Of a stretch of 64,000 nt of DNA, positions 20,787 to 30,514 are shown piece by piece; positions within the stretch are counted from its first letter, which is position 1, and each line of letters starts with the position of its first letter. Source of the stretch: Eubacteriales bacterium (GTDB lineage Bacteria; Bacillota; Clostridia; Oscillospirales; CAG-272); the NCBI GenBank assembly GCA_045644325.1, contig JAZRGT010000045.1:11295-75294 (forward strand), in the 5' to 3' direction. Below the pieces are notes generated by a model, which saw only the letters and a list, made by a program, of their open reading frames with translations, ran no database searches and was not told where the DNA came from. The translations under genes were made by a program, and so were the position numbers.

Positions 20787-21953
20787 ATGAACATCCCGCG
20801 CAAACTTATCGCATTGATTCTATGTACTCTCGTACTCCTGCCCGCACGCGCTCAAACCGTTTCGGGCAACCCCGAATATCTTACCGCAGAAGCCGCTCTG
20901 CCGACAGTATCGCTTGATATATCGACGTCGGCGGGCTCTGCGGTGCTTCTTGATGCAAGCGGACAGACAGTTCGTACTCTGTGGGAACAAAACGCTGACA
21001 AAAGGCGCGGTCCCGCAAGTACGACAAAGATAATGACCGCTCTCATTGCCGCCGAAAAAATGCCTCTGTCTGCTAAAATCACGGTACCCAAAGAAGCAGT
21101 CGGAGTCGAAGGTTCTTCCGTCTATCTTACCGAGGGCGAGATATTCACGCTCGAAGAATTGCTCTGCTGTACTCTGCTTGAATCGGCAAACGACGCCGCG
21201 GTCGCTGTCGCAATTGCGGTCGGCGGAAGCGTTGAGGATTTCGCCGCATTAATGAACGAAAAGTGCACAGAGCTTGGTTTGGTTGACACTCATTTCACAA
21301 ATCCTCACGGACTTGACGATGATGAGCATTATACCACTGCGCGCGAGCTCGGTATTATCGCCGCGGCTGCACTCGAAAATGAGGCTCTGCGCAATATATT
21401 CTCTACATATAAAATGACGGTAGCCGCGCCCGACGGCGGTGTTCGTCTGCTTATCAACCACAACAGACTCCTGCGGTCGATAGACGGTTGTATAGGTGTC
21501 AAAACCGGCTACACCAAGTCAAACGGCAGGTGTCTTGTTTCCGCGGCTGAGCGCGACGGATTGCGCCTTATCGCGGTAACTCTTGACGACGGCAACGATT
21601 GGCACGACCACACGGTGATGCTTGAGGCGGGATTTGAAGCCTACGAAAGTGTCGAGCTGTGTGAGTATACAAATATCGCCTTGCCCGAGATAGACGTAAC
21701 CGATGGCGAGCAATCCCGTGTCAGAACGACCGTGACAGACAGTGTGTTCGTAACACTTCCGAAAAGCGGCGCAAAGATCGAGTGTATAATTGACAGCATT
21801 TCTTCCCTTCCCGCCCCCGTATCACGCGGGCAAGGCGTTGGTGAAGTCATTTTCACTTGCGGCGGCAAGGAAATAGCTCGCGTACCACTTGTGACCGCCT
21901 ACGCGGCGGCAAAGAAAAAAGAAAAAGGATTTTGGGATCGCCTATTCGGATGA
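20787..21953 (+). CDS. dacB: D-alanyl-D-alanine carboxypeptidase (peptidase S11, DacB-like)
   Basis: Signal peptide, ASTTK, SAND, NPHGL, KTG; ytfJ-dacB-rluB synteny. Confidence 0.85.
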   Translation: MNIPRKLIALILCTLVLLPARAQTVSGNPEYLTAEAALPTVSLDISTSAGSAVLLDASGQTVRTLWEQNADKRRGPASTTKIMTALIAAEKMPLSAKITVPKEAVGVEGSSVYLTEGEIFTLEELLCCTLLESANDAAVAVAIAVGGSVEDFAALMNEKCTELGLVDTHFTNPHGLDDDEHYTTARELGIIAAAALENEALRNIFSTYKMTVAAPDGGVRLLINHNRLLRSIDGCIGVKTGYTKSNGRCLVSAAERDGLRLIAVTLDDGNDWHDHTVMLEAGFEAYESVELCEYTNIALPEIDVTDGEQSRVRTTVTDSVFVTLPKSGAKIECIIDSISSLPAPVSRGQGVGEVIFTCGGKEIARVPLVTAYAAAKKKEKGFWDRLFG

Positions 21954-21968
21954 ATCCCTATATATAAT

Positions 21969-22724
21969 ATGGAAAAGATCAGACTTCAAAAATATTTTAC
22001 CGATTGCGGCGTACTTTCGCGCCGTGCCGCAGAACGCGAGATCGAGGCGGGTCACGTTAAGGTAAACGGACAGATCGCAAAGGTCGGCGACAAGGTTATG
22101 CCGGGCGTTGATAAGGTTGTATGGAACGGCAGAGGCATCGTTTTCAAGCAGAACGTAGCCAAGCGCGTCATCGCACTCAACAAGCCTCGCGGATACGTTT
22201 GCACGGCATCCGATGAGCAAGGCAGAAAAATCGTCACCGAGCTTGTCGAGGATGCGGGCGGCAGACTCTACCCCATCGGACGCCTTGATATGCAGTCCGA
22301 GGGTCTTCTGCTTATGACGGATGACGGCGCGTTTGCTAACCTTATGATGCATCCCAAACACCATATTCCGAAGGAGTATAAGGTCAGCGTCAAGGGCAAG
22401 GTCGACGAAAAGGCACTTGAGATCCTCCGTTCCGCGCTCGTTATAGATGGATACAAGATCACGCCCGCAGAAGTCGATATCATCGACACGCAGAAGGACG
22501 GTGCTCGTTTGAATTTTGTCATTTTCGAGGGCAGAAACCGACAGATCCGCAAAATGTGCGAGGCGGCAGGCCTTGAGGTCACCCGTCTGCGCCGTATCAA
22601 GATCGGTCCGATCTCTGTCAACGGCATCGCGCCCGGAACTTGGCGCAAGCTCCGCGACGACGAGGTCGCTTGGCTTCGCAGAATGGCAAAGCTTAAGCCC
22701 GAAACCAAATACGAAGAGGAATAA
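21969..22724 (+). CDS. rluB: rRNA pseudouridine synthase RluB family
   Basis: S4 domain, NKPRG, GRLD, EGRNRQIRKM. Confidence 0.9.
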   Translation: MEKIRLQKYFTDCGVLSRRAAEREIEAGHVKVNGQIAKVGDKVMPGVDKVVWNGRGIVFKQNVAKRVIALNKPRGYVCTASDEQGRKIVTELVEDAGGRLYPIGRLDMQSEGLLLMTDDGAFANLMMHPKHHIPKEYKVSVKGKVDEKALEILRSALVIDGYKITPAEVDIIDTQKDGARLNFVIFEGRNRQIRKMCEAAGLEVTRLRRIKIGPISVNGIAPGTWRKLRDDEVAWLRRMAKLKPETKYEEE

Positions 22725-22729
22725 TATTC

Positions 22730-22761
22730 GCCCCGTCGGTGCAGAGCTCCGACGGGGTTTT
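22730..22761 (+). terminator. Intrinsic terminator
   Basis: GCCCCGTCGG...CCGACGGGGTTTT. Confidence 0.7.
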
Positions 22762-22950
22762 ACAATATATTCCGACAAAAGTCGAGGGGAAACACTATAT
22801 TTTGTGTTTTGTATGGTAATTTATGTCAATTATGCACAAATGCGACGGCGATTTTTTGTGCAAACTTTTTCGTGTTCTCCTATTGCAAAATTTGGTGATT
22901 TATGGTAAAATATTACTGTAAAAATTATCCAATTGGAGGAATAAAAACGA

Positions 22951-23712
22951 ATGGAAAAGAATATTAAGATACTTATTGCAGACGAAAACGAGATCGACCG
23001 TCATCGCACCGCTGACGGCTTACGCCGCGCCGGCTTTCACCGTATAGAGGAAGCGCAAAACGGTGAGGAGGTCATCAACCGTATAGCTTCCGGCAACTAC
23101 GACATTGTTATCACCGACGTATGGCTTTCCAAGCTCGACGGTATCGGAGTTCTCCGCCAGAGTCGCGCGATAGATTTCGGCGGCGCGCTCCCGCCCGTCT
23201 TTATCGTAACCTCGGCGATCTCGAATCAGAGTATTTTCGTTGACGCTATGAACGCAGGTGCTGCACTCTGTCTCTTAAAACCCGTAGATACCACAAGCCT
23301 TGCCGAGCATCTGATAAATCTTAACCGCGACCGAACTTCGCGTGAGGACAGAGTTCCCGACATTGAAACTCAGGTAACGAAGATCATCCATCAAATTGGC
23401 GTACCCGCACATATCAAGGGCTATCAATATCTCCGCACAGCAATTCTGCTCACCGTCCGCGACAGCGACATTATCAATTCGGTAACGAAGATACTCTATC
23501 CCACCGTTGCAAAGAAGTATCAGACCACGACCTCGCGTGTCGAGCGTGCGATCCGCCACGCGATCGAAGTCGCTTGGGACCGAGGTGACGTTGATACCCT
23601 CAATTCCTATTTCGGATACACGATACAGGATCAGCGCGGCAAGCCTACAAACTCGGAGTTTATAGCTATGATCGCAGATAATCTGCGACTTAAATATAAA
23701 TTGTATAAATAA
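22951..23712 (+). CDS. spo0A: Sporulation master regulator Spo0A
   Basis: Receiver domain (AD, TD, KP) plus [37 protein letters not shown]. Confidence 0.97.
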   Translation: MEKNIKILIADENEIDRHRTADGLRRAGFHRIEEAQNGEEVINRIASGNYDIVITDVWLSKLDGIGVLRQSRAIDFGGALPPVFIVTSAISNQSIFVDAMNAGAALCLLKPVDTTSLAEHLINLNRDRTSREDRVPDIETQVTKIIHQIGVPAHIKGYQYLRTAILLTVRDSDIINSVTKILYPTVAKKYQTTTSRVERAIRHAIEVAWDRGDVDTLNSYFGYTIQDQRGKPTNSEFIAMIADNLRLKYKLYK

Positions 23713-23772
23713 TCTTGACAAACCGCGCTTTTTGTTGTAAAATCATCTTACCACGCCAATTGAGGTATTGCA

Positions 23773-24561
23773 ATGAAAAGCTGTGACAAGATTTTTGAAT
23801 TACTGAAAGAGCACGAAACACTCGTTGCCGAGGCGACGGATATACTCCATATCCCCTACCCCGATCCCGTTTTCCGCGGTTTTCAAGGCGGATGCTCGGA
23901 CGGCGAGAGGTATTATTATCAAGTGTTGATGCACTACGAACTATCCGACCGCACGAAGGATTATTCCTGTATCGCAAAGGTTGATATGCTGACGCGTCAG
24001 GTTGTGAAATACAGCGGCATTCTCCACATCGACCACGCCAACGACGTCACCTACCATCCGAAAAAGAATCTGCTTATGGTGACCAACAACAAGCCGAACT
24101 TCACTCGGATAACCCTCGTTGATCCCGCAAGCCTTGAGGTTGTCGGCTATGAGGAATCGCCCGTACCGCTTTACGCGCTTGAATACAACCCCGACCGCGA
24201 TATGTACGTTGCGGGAATTTCCGGCAAACGAGAATTCTGTTTCCTTGACGGGAATCTGAAGCTTATAGATGAGAAAACCTACCGTACCGTCGAAGTCGAC
24301 GACAGATGCACCAAGCAAGATATCTGCGCGGACGGCAATCTGCTCTACTTCATCCTCTGGGACGGACGGCACAAGGATATGGACGATTTTCAAAACCGAG
24401 TGACGATCTACGATTGGAACGGAAACTACCGAGGCGTTCTCGAATTCAACCTCGGCGCGGAGGAACCCGAAAGCATCTCCATCCTCGGCGGCGAGATTTA
24501 CGCCGTAGTTTGCAATAAATGCGAGCCTGCGATATATCATTTTGAGCCGAAAATAAAGTAA
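23773..24561 (+). CDS. Hypothetical cytoplasmic protein, probable beta-propeller
   Basis: GAGG SD, own TTGACA-17-TAAAAT promoter; blade-like segments QGGCSDG, HANDVTY, QDICADG, EPESI. Confidence 0.65.
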   Translation: MKSCDKIFELLKEHETLVAEATDILHIPYPDPVFRGFQGGCSDGERYYYQVLMHYELSDRTKDYSCIAKVDMLTRQVVKYSGILHIDHANDVTYHPKKNLLMVTNNKPNFTRITLVDPASLEVVGYEESPVPLYALEYNPDRDMYVAGISGKREFCFLDGNLKLIDEKTYRTVEVDDRCTKQDICADGNLLYFILWDGRHKDMDDFQNRVTIYDWNGNYRGVLEFNLGAEEPESISILGGEIYAVVCNKCEPAIYHFEPKIK

Positions 24562-24563
24562 TA

Positions 24564-24596
24564 AAAATAAAGCCTCGCAATTGAGGCTTTATTTTT
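24564..24596. terminator. Bidirectional terminator
   Basis: AAAATAAAGCCTC-gcaatt-GAGGCTTTATTTT between convergent genes. Confidence 0.75.
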
Positions 24597-25275
24597 ATCT
24601 TTTCTTTTTTCTCTTCTTCTCCACCAGCTCGTCGAGCTCTTCGACGGTGGTATCGGAGATCGGCTCGGTGCCGCCGGAATAGCGTGCTACTCTGTACGTG
24701 TCGAAAAGTGTATGCTCGAGTTCCTCGTGCGCGAGGTCACGTTCCATTTTTGCAGGGGTGAATTTCGGTTGAATGAAATATCCCTCACGGATCTTGCCGA
24801 ACATATACTCTGTGAATATAAAACGGACACGGGTGGCGTTGTCGGCATCGTTCCACGGGTGAGGGTTCTTCATTTTGTTTCTTTTACGTCTGCCGCCCGA
24901 GCGTTCCTTGAAGATGAAGTCGCGCTCGTCCTCACCCTTGACTCGCTTGCGCTCGATACCGAGCTTTTTGGCAACGCGCTTGATGATCTTGTCGAGATAT
25001 TTAGATATCGCCCGAGAAATGCGATCTCTTATCCTTGCAATCTTCTCGCGCATCTTGCGGTCAAACATTTTCTTTAATGACTTCAGCCCAAGATACAGTC
25101 CGCCGCCGAACATCAAAATAGCGGCAGCTTGCAAGAAGTAATTTCCTATTGACTCTGTAAACAGAACCGCACCGTAACCTATCGAAAATGCATAAAGCAA
25201 GGTCAGAACAACTCTTATCGGCGAAAAGCCTCGCGATTCTATGATCGCGGTGAACAAATCCTTTAACTTATTCAT
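24595..25275 (-). CDS. Membrane protein with DUF4129-like C-terminus
   Basis: ATG at 25275 with GGAGG; two TM segments; TP...Y..ARYS motif; third gene of the MoxR-DUF58 operon. Confidence 0.7.
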   Translation of the reverse strand: MNKLKDLFTAIIESRGFSPIRVVLTLLYAFSIGYGAVLFTESIGNYFLQAAAILMFGGGLYLGLKSLKKMFDRKMREKIARIRDRISRAISKYLDKIIKRVAKKLGIERKRVKGEDERDFIFKERSGGRRKRNKMKNPHPWNDADNATRVRFIFTEYMFGKIREGYFIQPKFTPAKMERDLAHEELEHTLFDTYRVARYSGGTEPISDTTVEELDELVEKKRKKKR

Positions 25276-26461
25276 TGTCCGCCTCCTCGCTGAAAAATAG
25301 TTCGGGTAGCGAATAAACGCGCACTCCGTTACCTCTGCGTTCGAGCTCAAAGGCGCGGGCATCTGTCTCGGGCGTGTCGCAAAGAACGAAGATCAGCACC
25401 TCCGCGCTGTTCTCACCAGACTCAAGAAGCTCGTCGAGGAGTGCGGGGAAAGAACCTCCGTCCGCCGCGCGCATCGACGCCATCGTTCTGAAAATATCGA
25501 GCATATGCGGCTCGCCTCCCGCAAGCGGAAAGCGCTGGAACATCGTTCCGTCCTGTCCCTTGCAGTTGGCGTAAAAGCCTACGCTGTAGCCTTCGTAGAC
25601 GGCATTTCTGATGATGTGCGCCGAATAGGATAGCGCAAGCTCGGTAAGCTTTTCGTATTCCTCACCGTCGATTCCGCAGTCGCGCTCGAGGTGATAGTCC
25701 AAAAATACGCAGAGACGGCGCGCGGCGCAGAAATCGCGGTCGTTGACCATAAGAGGTGTCGCGCTTCTGCGCGAGCCGAGCCAGGTTTTTGCGCTCGCCT
25801 TGAAATTGATCTGAGAGACCGAGTCTCCGAATCGGTAGTCTCGGACGCCCGAGAGTGAAAAAGGATCGGCAAAAAGCTGTCGGAGTGCCCTCTCCTCGCC
25901 CTGCATCATGCTGACCGCGGGAAGTGCGGGATCAATTTCGAACGGACGCGGATAGACATATATTTCGGCGGGGCATTCAAAAACTTCCTCGCCGAGCTTT
26001 TTCTGCACTACCGCGCTTTGCAGTCTGTAATGTCCGCGCTTGAGGCAGGTCAACTTGTGGCGTCGGCGGATGCGCATATAGGGCCAGAGATTGAATCGGC
26101 TTATGAAATACTGCATTCCGTCGCGCTTCGGGGGCTCAAAGCCCGAAAGGCGGAGCTCGTTATAGAGATACGCCTCGATATCGACGGCGATCAGCGGAAA
26201 GAATCCGTTGTTGACCACGGTTTCGATAAGCTCGACCTCGTCACCCGCATAGACGCCCTTTTCGGTGAATTCGCGCGAATAAGATATATTTTTCAGGTTT
26301 TTCTCGCGCAAACGGAGATATATCTTCCAAAGTATCCACAGAACAAGCGCGGTAACAAGCAGCCAGAAAACGTACGGAAAGACAGGTGACAGAAGAAACC
26401 GCACAAAGCCTTCGATCAGCTTCGTGAGAAATCCGACGAAAACGTCAACTATATCCTTCAT
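25268..26461 (-). CDS. DUF58 domain protein
   Basis: N-terminal TM, RGHY, VYP, GVRDYRFGD, INFKASAK. Confidence 0.88.
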   Translation of the reverse strand: MKDIVDVFVGFLTKLIEGFVRFLLSPVFPYVFWLLVTALVLWILWKIYLRLREKNLKNISYSREFTEKGVYAGDEVELIETVVNNGFFPLIAVDIEAYLYNELRLSGFEPPKRDGMQYFISRFNLWPYMRIRRRHKLTCLKRGHYRLQSAVVQKKLGEEVFECPAEIYVYPRPFEIDPALPAVSMMQGEERALRQLFADPFSLSGVRDYRFGDSVSQINFKASAKTWLGSRRSATPLMVNDRDFCAARRLCVFLDYHLERDCGIDGEEYEKLTELALSYSAHIIRNAVYEGYSVGFYANCKGQDGTMFQRFPLAGGEPHMLDIFRTMASMRAADGGSFPALLDELLESGENSAEVLIFVLCDTPETDARAFELERRGNGVRVYSLPELFFSEEADNE

Positions 26462-27426
26462 CAGAGACCTTCAAATACCGCTTCGGTGGGAACTCGGGTA
26501 GATTTGATGATATTATCTACGATCTCGCCAACCGCATTCTTACGTATTCTCGCCGCAGACTCGATCATAATGCGGTGTTCAAGAACGGGATGAGCCGCGC
26601 GCTGAATATCGTCGGGAAGAACATAGGATCGTCCCGCAATTGCAGCGTAGCCCTTTGCCGCCTTCATCAGCGCAAGCGCGCCGCGAGGGCTGACTCCGAG
26701 AACGACGTGAGGGTAGGTTCTCGTTGCTTCTACTATGTAAGAAATATATTCCATAAGCTCGGGGCAGATGTAGACCTCGGGAAGTGCTTTTATAGCCTCG
26801 CAGAGTTCCTCCTCGCTTACTACTGCGGCAAGCTCATAAAGAGGGCTTGCCTTATCAAAACGTGCCAGAATGCCTACGTTTTCGGCGTGGGAGGGATACT
26901 CCATCTTACCCTTCATAAGGAAACGGTCAAGCTGTGCCTCGGGAAGCGGGAACGTGCCGAGAGTCTCGACCGGGTTCTGCGTTGCGATGACCATAAAGGG
27001 ATCGGAAAGGCGCATGGTTTTGCCGTCGATAGTCGCCTGACGCTCCTCCATACACTCGAGCAGGCCCGACTGCGTTTTCGGAGTAGCGCGGTTGATCTCA
27101 TCGGCGAGCAGAATGTTCGTGAAAACCGGCCCCGGAACGAACTCGAACTCGGACGATTTCATATTAAAGAAATTGATGCCCGTGATATCCGAGGGAAGAA
27201 GATCGGGGGTGAACTGAATACGCTTGAAATCGCATCCCACACTTGCAGCGAGGGATTTGATAAGCACGGTCTTGCCTGTTCCGGGAACGTCCTCGAGAAG
27301 AACGTGGCCTCCCGCGAGGAGAGCGACACAGATCATATCTATCGTTTCATTCTTACCGACGATGACCTTACCTATATTTTCTTTAATTCGGTTGTATACG
27401 CTTGTGATGATTTCAATATTTGCCAT
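26461..27426 (-). CDS. MoxR family AAA+ ATPase
   Basis: LEDVPGTGKT, RIQFTPDLLPSD, DEINRATPKTQS, ATQNP, PLPEAQLDRF. Confidence 0.95.
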   Translation of the reverse strand: MANIEIITSVYNRIKENIGKVIVGKNETIDMICVALLAGGHVLLEDVPGTGKTVLIKSLAASVGCDFKRIQFTPDLLPSDITGINFFNMKSSEFEFVPGPVFTNILLADEINRATPKTQSGLLECMEERQATIDGKTMRLSDPFMVIATQNPVETLGTFPLPEAQLDRFLMKGKMEYPSHAENVGILARFDKASPLYELAAVVSEEELCEAIKALPEVYICPELMEYISYIVEATRTYPHVVLGVSPRGALALMKAAKGYAAIAGRSYVLPDDIQRAAHPVLEHRIMIESAARIRKNAVGEIVDNIIKSTRVPTEAVFEGL

Positions 27427-27576
27427 AGATTCCTCCGTATTTTTATCCGATATATTACAAGTGTCGCCAAAGATCAAAAAGGATGGATAAAAAATTAATA
27501 TTTTTCTGAATTATATCATATTTTTTGCCGACAGCGAAATGTGGTATAAAACGCATTGTTTTTGGGATAATGAATG

Positions 27577-28281
27577 CTAACTCGTAATTTTCACCGCGCC
27601 GGCAAGCACTCTTGCGCCCGTTTCGGCAAGTCTTTCTGCACGCTCTTCGCCGAGAACGTCAACAACCTTTGCCACGATCTCCCCGACGTGTTTTTCCTCG
27701 GCTTCAAAGCTTGTTCCGATGCCCGCAATATGTCCCTCGTCGATCCATGCAAGGAATTTCTTTCTGCGACGGAGATTAGCCATCCCGACAAAGGCAGACG
27801 CATCAATGATCGCGCGGTAGCCGCACTTAAAGATATCGTCAGCGTAGCTTTCCGGGTAGCGGTCGATATGTGCGATCAGCACCTCAATGCCGACAGACCT
27901 GATCGCCTCGAGTGTGTCTATCAGCGAGCTGTCCCATTCACTCTCGGGCATATACGCGATCAACGTGTGCGTGCCGAGCACGGCAAGCTCGCTGATCGTG
28001 GGGATGTATTTGAGTCTTTCGTCAACGTAGACCTCGCATCCGAGATATAGCGCGGGACACTTTTCCGGCATATTGTAAGATAGGCTATGCAACACCTGCT
28101 CGCGGTAGGAAACAAAATCCTCAACGCTTCTCTTTGCCGGATAATAACGGGGGGTCAGCACCGCCGCATCAACTCCGGCGTAATAAAGCTCGGAAAGTCT
28201 TTCGGCACAATTCTTTATATCCCTTGCGCCCTCTGCAAAAAAGGGCAAGAGATTTCCGCCAAGATCAATCAACATATTCAC
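27577..28281 (-). CDS. CpsB/CapC-like PHP-fold protein with degenerate active site
   Basis: Overall pattern ID....LP...GA, GV...VLTP, LGCEV, IAHIDRY matches CpsB tyrosine phosphatases, but most His ligands are replaced. Confidence 0.7.
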   Translation of the reverse strand: MNMLIDLGGNLLPFFAEGARDIKNCAERLSELYYAGVDAAVLTPRYYPAKRSVEDFVSYREQVLHSLSYNMPEKCPALYLGCEVYVDERLKYIPTISELAVLGTHTLIAYMPESEWDSSLIDTLEAIRSVGIEVLIAHIDRYPESYADDIFKCGYRAIIDASAFVGMANLRRRKKFLAWIDEGHIAGIGTSFEAEEKHVGEIVAKVVDVLGEERAERLAETGARVLAGAVKITS

Positions 28282-28419
28282 TTGCCCTCTCTTTCATAAG
28301 TATATTATTATAATTATGAACTATTTTTTGCATTTTGTCAAGTCTTTTTGTGTAAAATACTTGTCAGATCTAAAAAAGAGTGGTATAATTATCATATAAT
28401 ATAAAAAAGGACGATAAAA

Positions 28420-29409
28420 ATGAAGCATATACTCCTTATCACAACCGGTGGAACTATTGCCTCTGCCGCGGGTGCGGACGGGCTTGTTCCCACCGTTTCG
28501 GGCGAGCGTCTGCTCGAACACATTCCCGAGGTGCGCGACGTTTGCCGAGTCAGCGTTACCTCACTTTTCAATCTCGACAGCACCAATATGCGTCCCGAAT
28601 ATTGGCTGAAGCTCGCTATGAAGATCCGCGAGGAATATTTCAATTACGACGGTTTCGTTATCACGCACGGCACTGACACGATGGCTTACGCCGCCGCCCT
28701 GCTCCACTTTCTCATTCAGAACAGCCAGAAGCCGATCGTGCTGACGGGCGCACAGACTCCCATGGAGAGCCGCGATACCGACGCTCGCGAGAATCTTCGC
28801 GATGCATTCATTTACGCCGCTGACGACGATGCTTGCGGCATACACGTTGTTTTTGACGGTAAGATCATCTGTGCCCCGAGAGCGAGAAAGAACAGAACGA
28901 GAAGTGCGAATGCATTTTCAAGCGTCGATTACCCCGAGATCGGATTTATCCGAGGCGGCGCGATGAGGTATTATATAAAAGAAAAATTCACCGAGCCCAC
29001 CCGCTTTTATAATGATATCGACACAAACGTAATGCTCGTCAAGCTTACACCGGGTATGAGCGCGGATATTTTCGACTACGTTGCCGAGCGCGCTCACGCG
29101 GTCATCATCGAATCCTTCGGAGTCGGCGGTCTCCCCTATTACGAGAACGACGAATTTGCGGATAAGATCGAGATTCTGATTGAAAAAGGCGTGCGAATTG
29201 TTATCACAACTCAGGTTCCTCACGAGGGCAGCGATATGTCGCTCTATCAGGTCGGACTGCGAATCAAGCAGAAATACGAGCTCCCCGAGGCTTACAGTAT
29301 GACGACAGAAACCGTGCTTGCCAAAGTTATGTGGGCACTCCCGCAGTCGAATACGGCGGAGGAATTTGCGAAGATATTTAATACACCGGTGGGGTGTGAC
29401 ATAATCTAA
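28420..29409 (+). CDS. ansA: L-asparaginase type I
   Basis: TGGTIAS, DSTNM, HGTDTMAY, VLTGAQ. Confidence 0.93.
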   Translation: MKHILLITTGGTIASAAGADGLVPTVSGERLLEHIPEVRDVCRVSVTSLFNLDSTNMRPEYWLKLAMKIREEYFNYDGFVITHGTDTMAYAAALLHFLIQNSQKPIVLTGAQTPMESRDTDARENLRDAFIYAADDDACGIHVVFDGKIICAPRARKNRTRSANAFSSVDYPEIGFIRGGAMRYYIKEKFTEPTRFYNDIDTNVMLVKLTPGMSADIFDYVAERAHAVIIESFGVGGLPYYENDEFADKIEILIEKGVRIVITTQVPHEGSDMSLYQVGLRIKQKYELPEAYSMTTETVLAKVMWALPQSNTAEEFAKIFNTPVGCDII

Positions 29410-29448
29410 AAAGCAAAACCGCTTGCAAACGCAAGCGGTTTTGCTTTA
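29410..29448. terminator. Bidirectional terminator
   Basis: AAAGCAAAACCGCTTGC-aaac-GCAAGCGGTTTTGCTTT. Confidence 0.8.
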
Positions 29449-29449
29449 T

Positions 29450-30394
29450 TTACTTATCCTCTTCCTTCTGCTTCTGCTCCTGCTTCTTCTTTTTCTTATG
29501 CACCGCAATAACGATAACAACTATCACCGCAGGGATACCGGGGAAAATAAGAAGTGTGGGAATCGCGGAAACGAAGAATACGGTGAAGTCCATCCAGCCC
29601 TCGCCGAAGTTCTTCCAGCTTTCTACGAATGCCTCGGCAATTCGCTCACCGAAGGTGGGCTCGTCATCCTTGATGGGCGTGTATTCAACGACCTCGTCGA
29701 TAGTGAGGTTAACGGTGGAATACGCGACCTGTCCGTCGTAGGATTTGAGAATAGCCTGGTATTCTGCGATCTGCTGTTCGGTTTCGGAGATCTTCTTCTG
29801 AAGAGTGTACCAGAAATCGTAGTCCTTTGCCGAGTCGATCGAAGCCATCATAGCAAGCAGGCTTTCGCGCTCGGTTTCGAGAGTCTTCATTCGCGCTTCA
29901 ACGCTGTAGTAAGCCTCGCTGACGTCCTGCTGGGTCGAGGCACTGGAGGTTACGTTGAGTGAGTCGCCAATCTGTGAGATAAATGCGTCAAGGTTTTCTG
30001 CGGGGATCTTGATAACGAGATACGCCTTGCGGCTATACGAGCCATACTGATTATAGCTTGCGCCCGTCACGCGCGACTCGCTGATAAATCCGTTATACGC
30101 GGCGATCGAGGTGTTAATCTCGGCAAGTGCGGAGTCATAGGTCTTGGTCTCGCCGTAGACGGTGAAGGTGCGGATGATCTTGCGATTTGCAGTTGCTGTG
30201 TTGTCTGCGGTAAGGCTACCGTCGGGAGCGTAGGAAACGCCGCCTTCATAATTCTCATCCTTGGAATAATCTAATTCGGGATACGCCTCGTCGCTTGCAT
30301 AATTTCCTGATGCAGAGCAAGAAGCAAATAAGGGAATGATGAGCAAAGCCACCAGGACGAGAGCGAACGACGTGTATCTGATTGTCTTTTTCAT
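29450..30394 (-). CDS. DUF4349 family lipoprotein
   Basis: Lipobox FASC, RKIIRT, DVSEAY, QVAYSTV, C-terminal TM plus basic tail. Confidence 0.85.
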   Translation of the reverse strand: MKKTIRYTSFALVLVALLIIPLFASCSASGNYASDEAYPELDYSKDENYEGGVSYAPDGSLTADNTATANRKIIRTFTVYGETKTYDSALAEINTSIAAYNGFISESRVTGASYNQYGSYSRKAYLVIKIPAENLDAFISQIGDSLNVTSSASTQQDVSEAYYSVEARMKTLETERESLLAMMASIDSAKDYDFWYTLQKKISETEQQIAEYQAILKSYDGQVAYSTVNLTIDEVVEYTPIKDDEPTFGERIAEAFVESWKNFGEGWMDFTVFFVSAIPTLLIFPGIPAVIVVIVIAVHKKKKKQEQKQKEEDK

Positions 30395-30514
30395 AATAAT
30401 TCTCCTTTTCTGCTATAAATTTATTATCGGTAATTTTATTATAGCACAGCTTTGAGGAAATGTCAAGAAAAAATGTGCGGTTCGCCTTCTCGGCGAACCG
30501 CACTTATGAATTAT

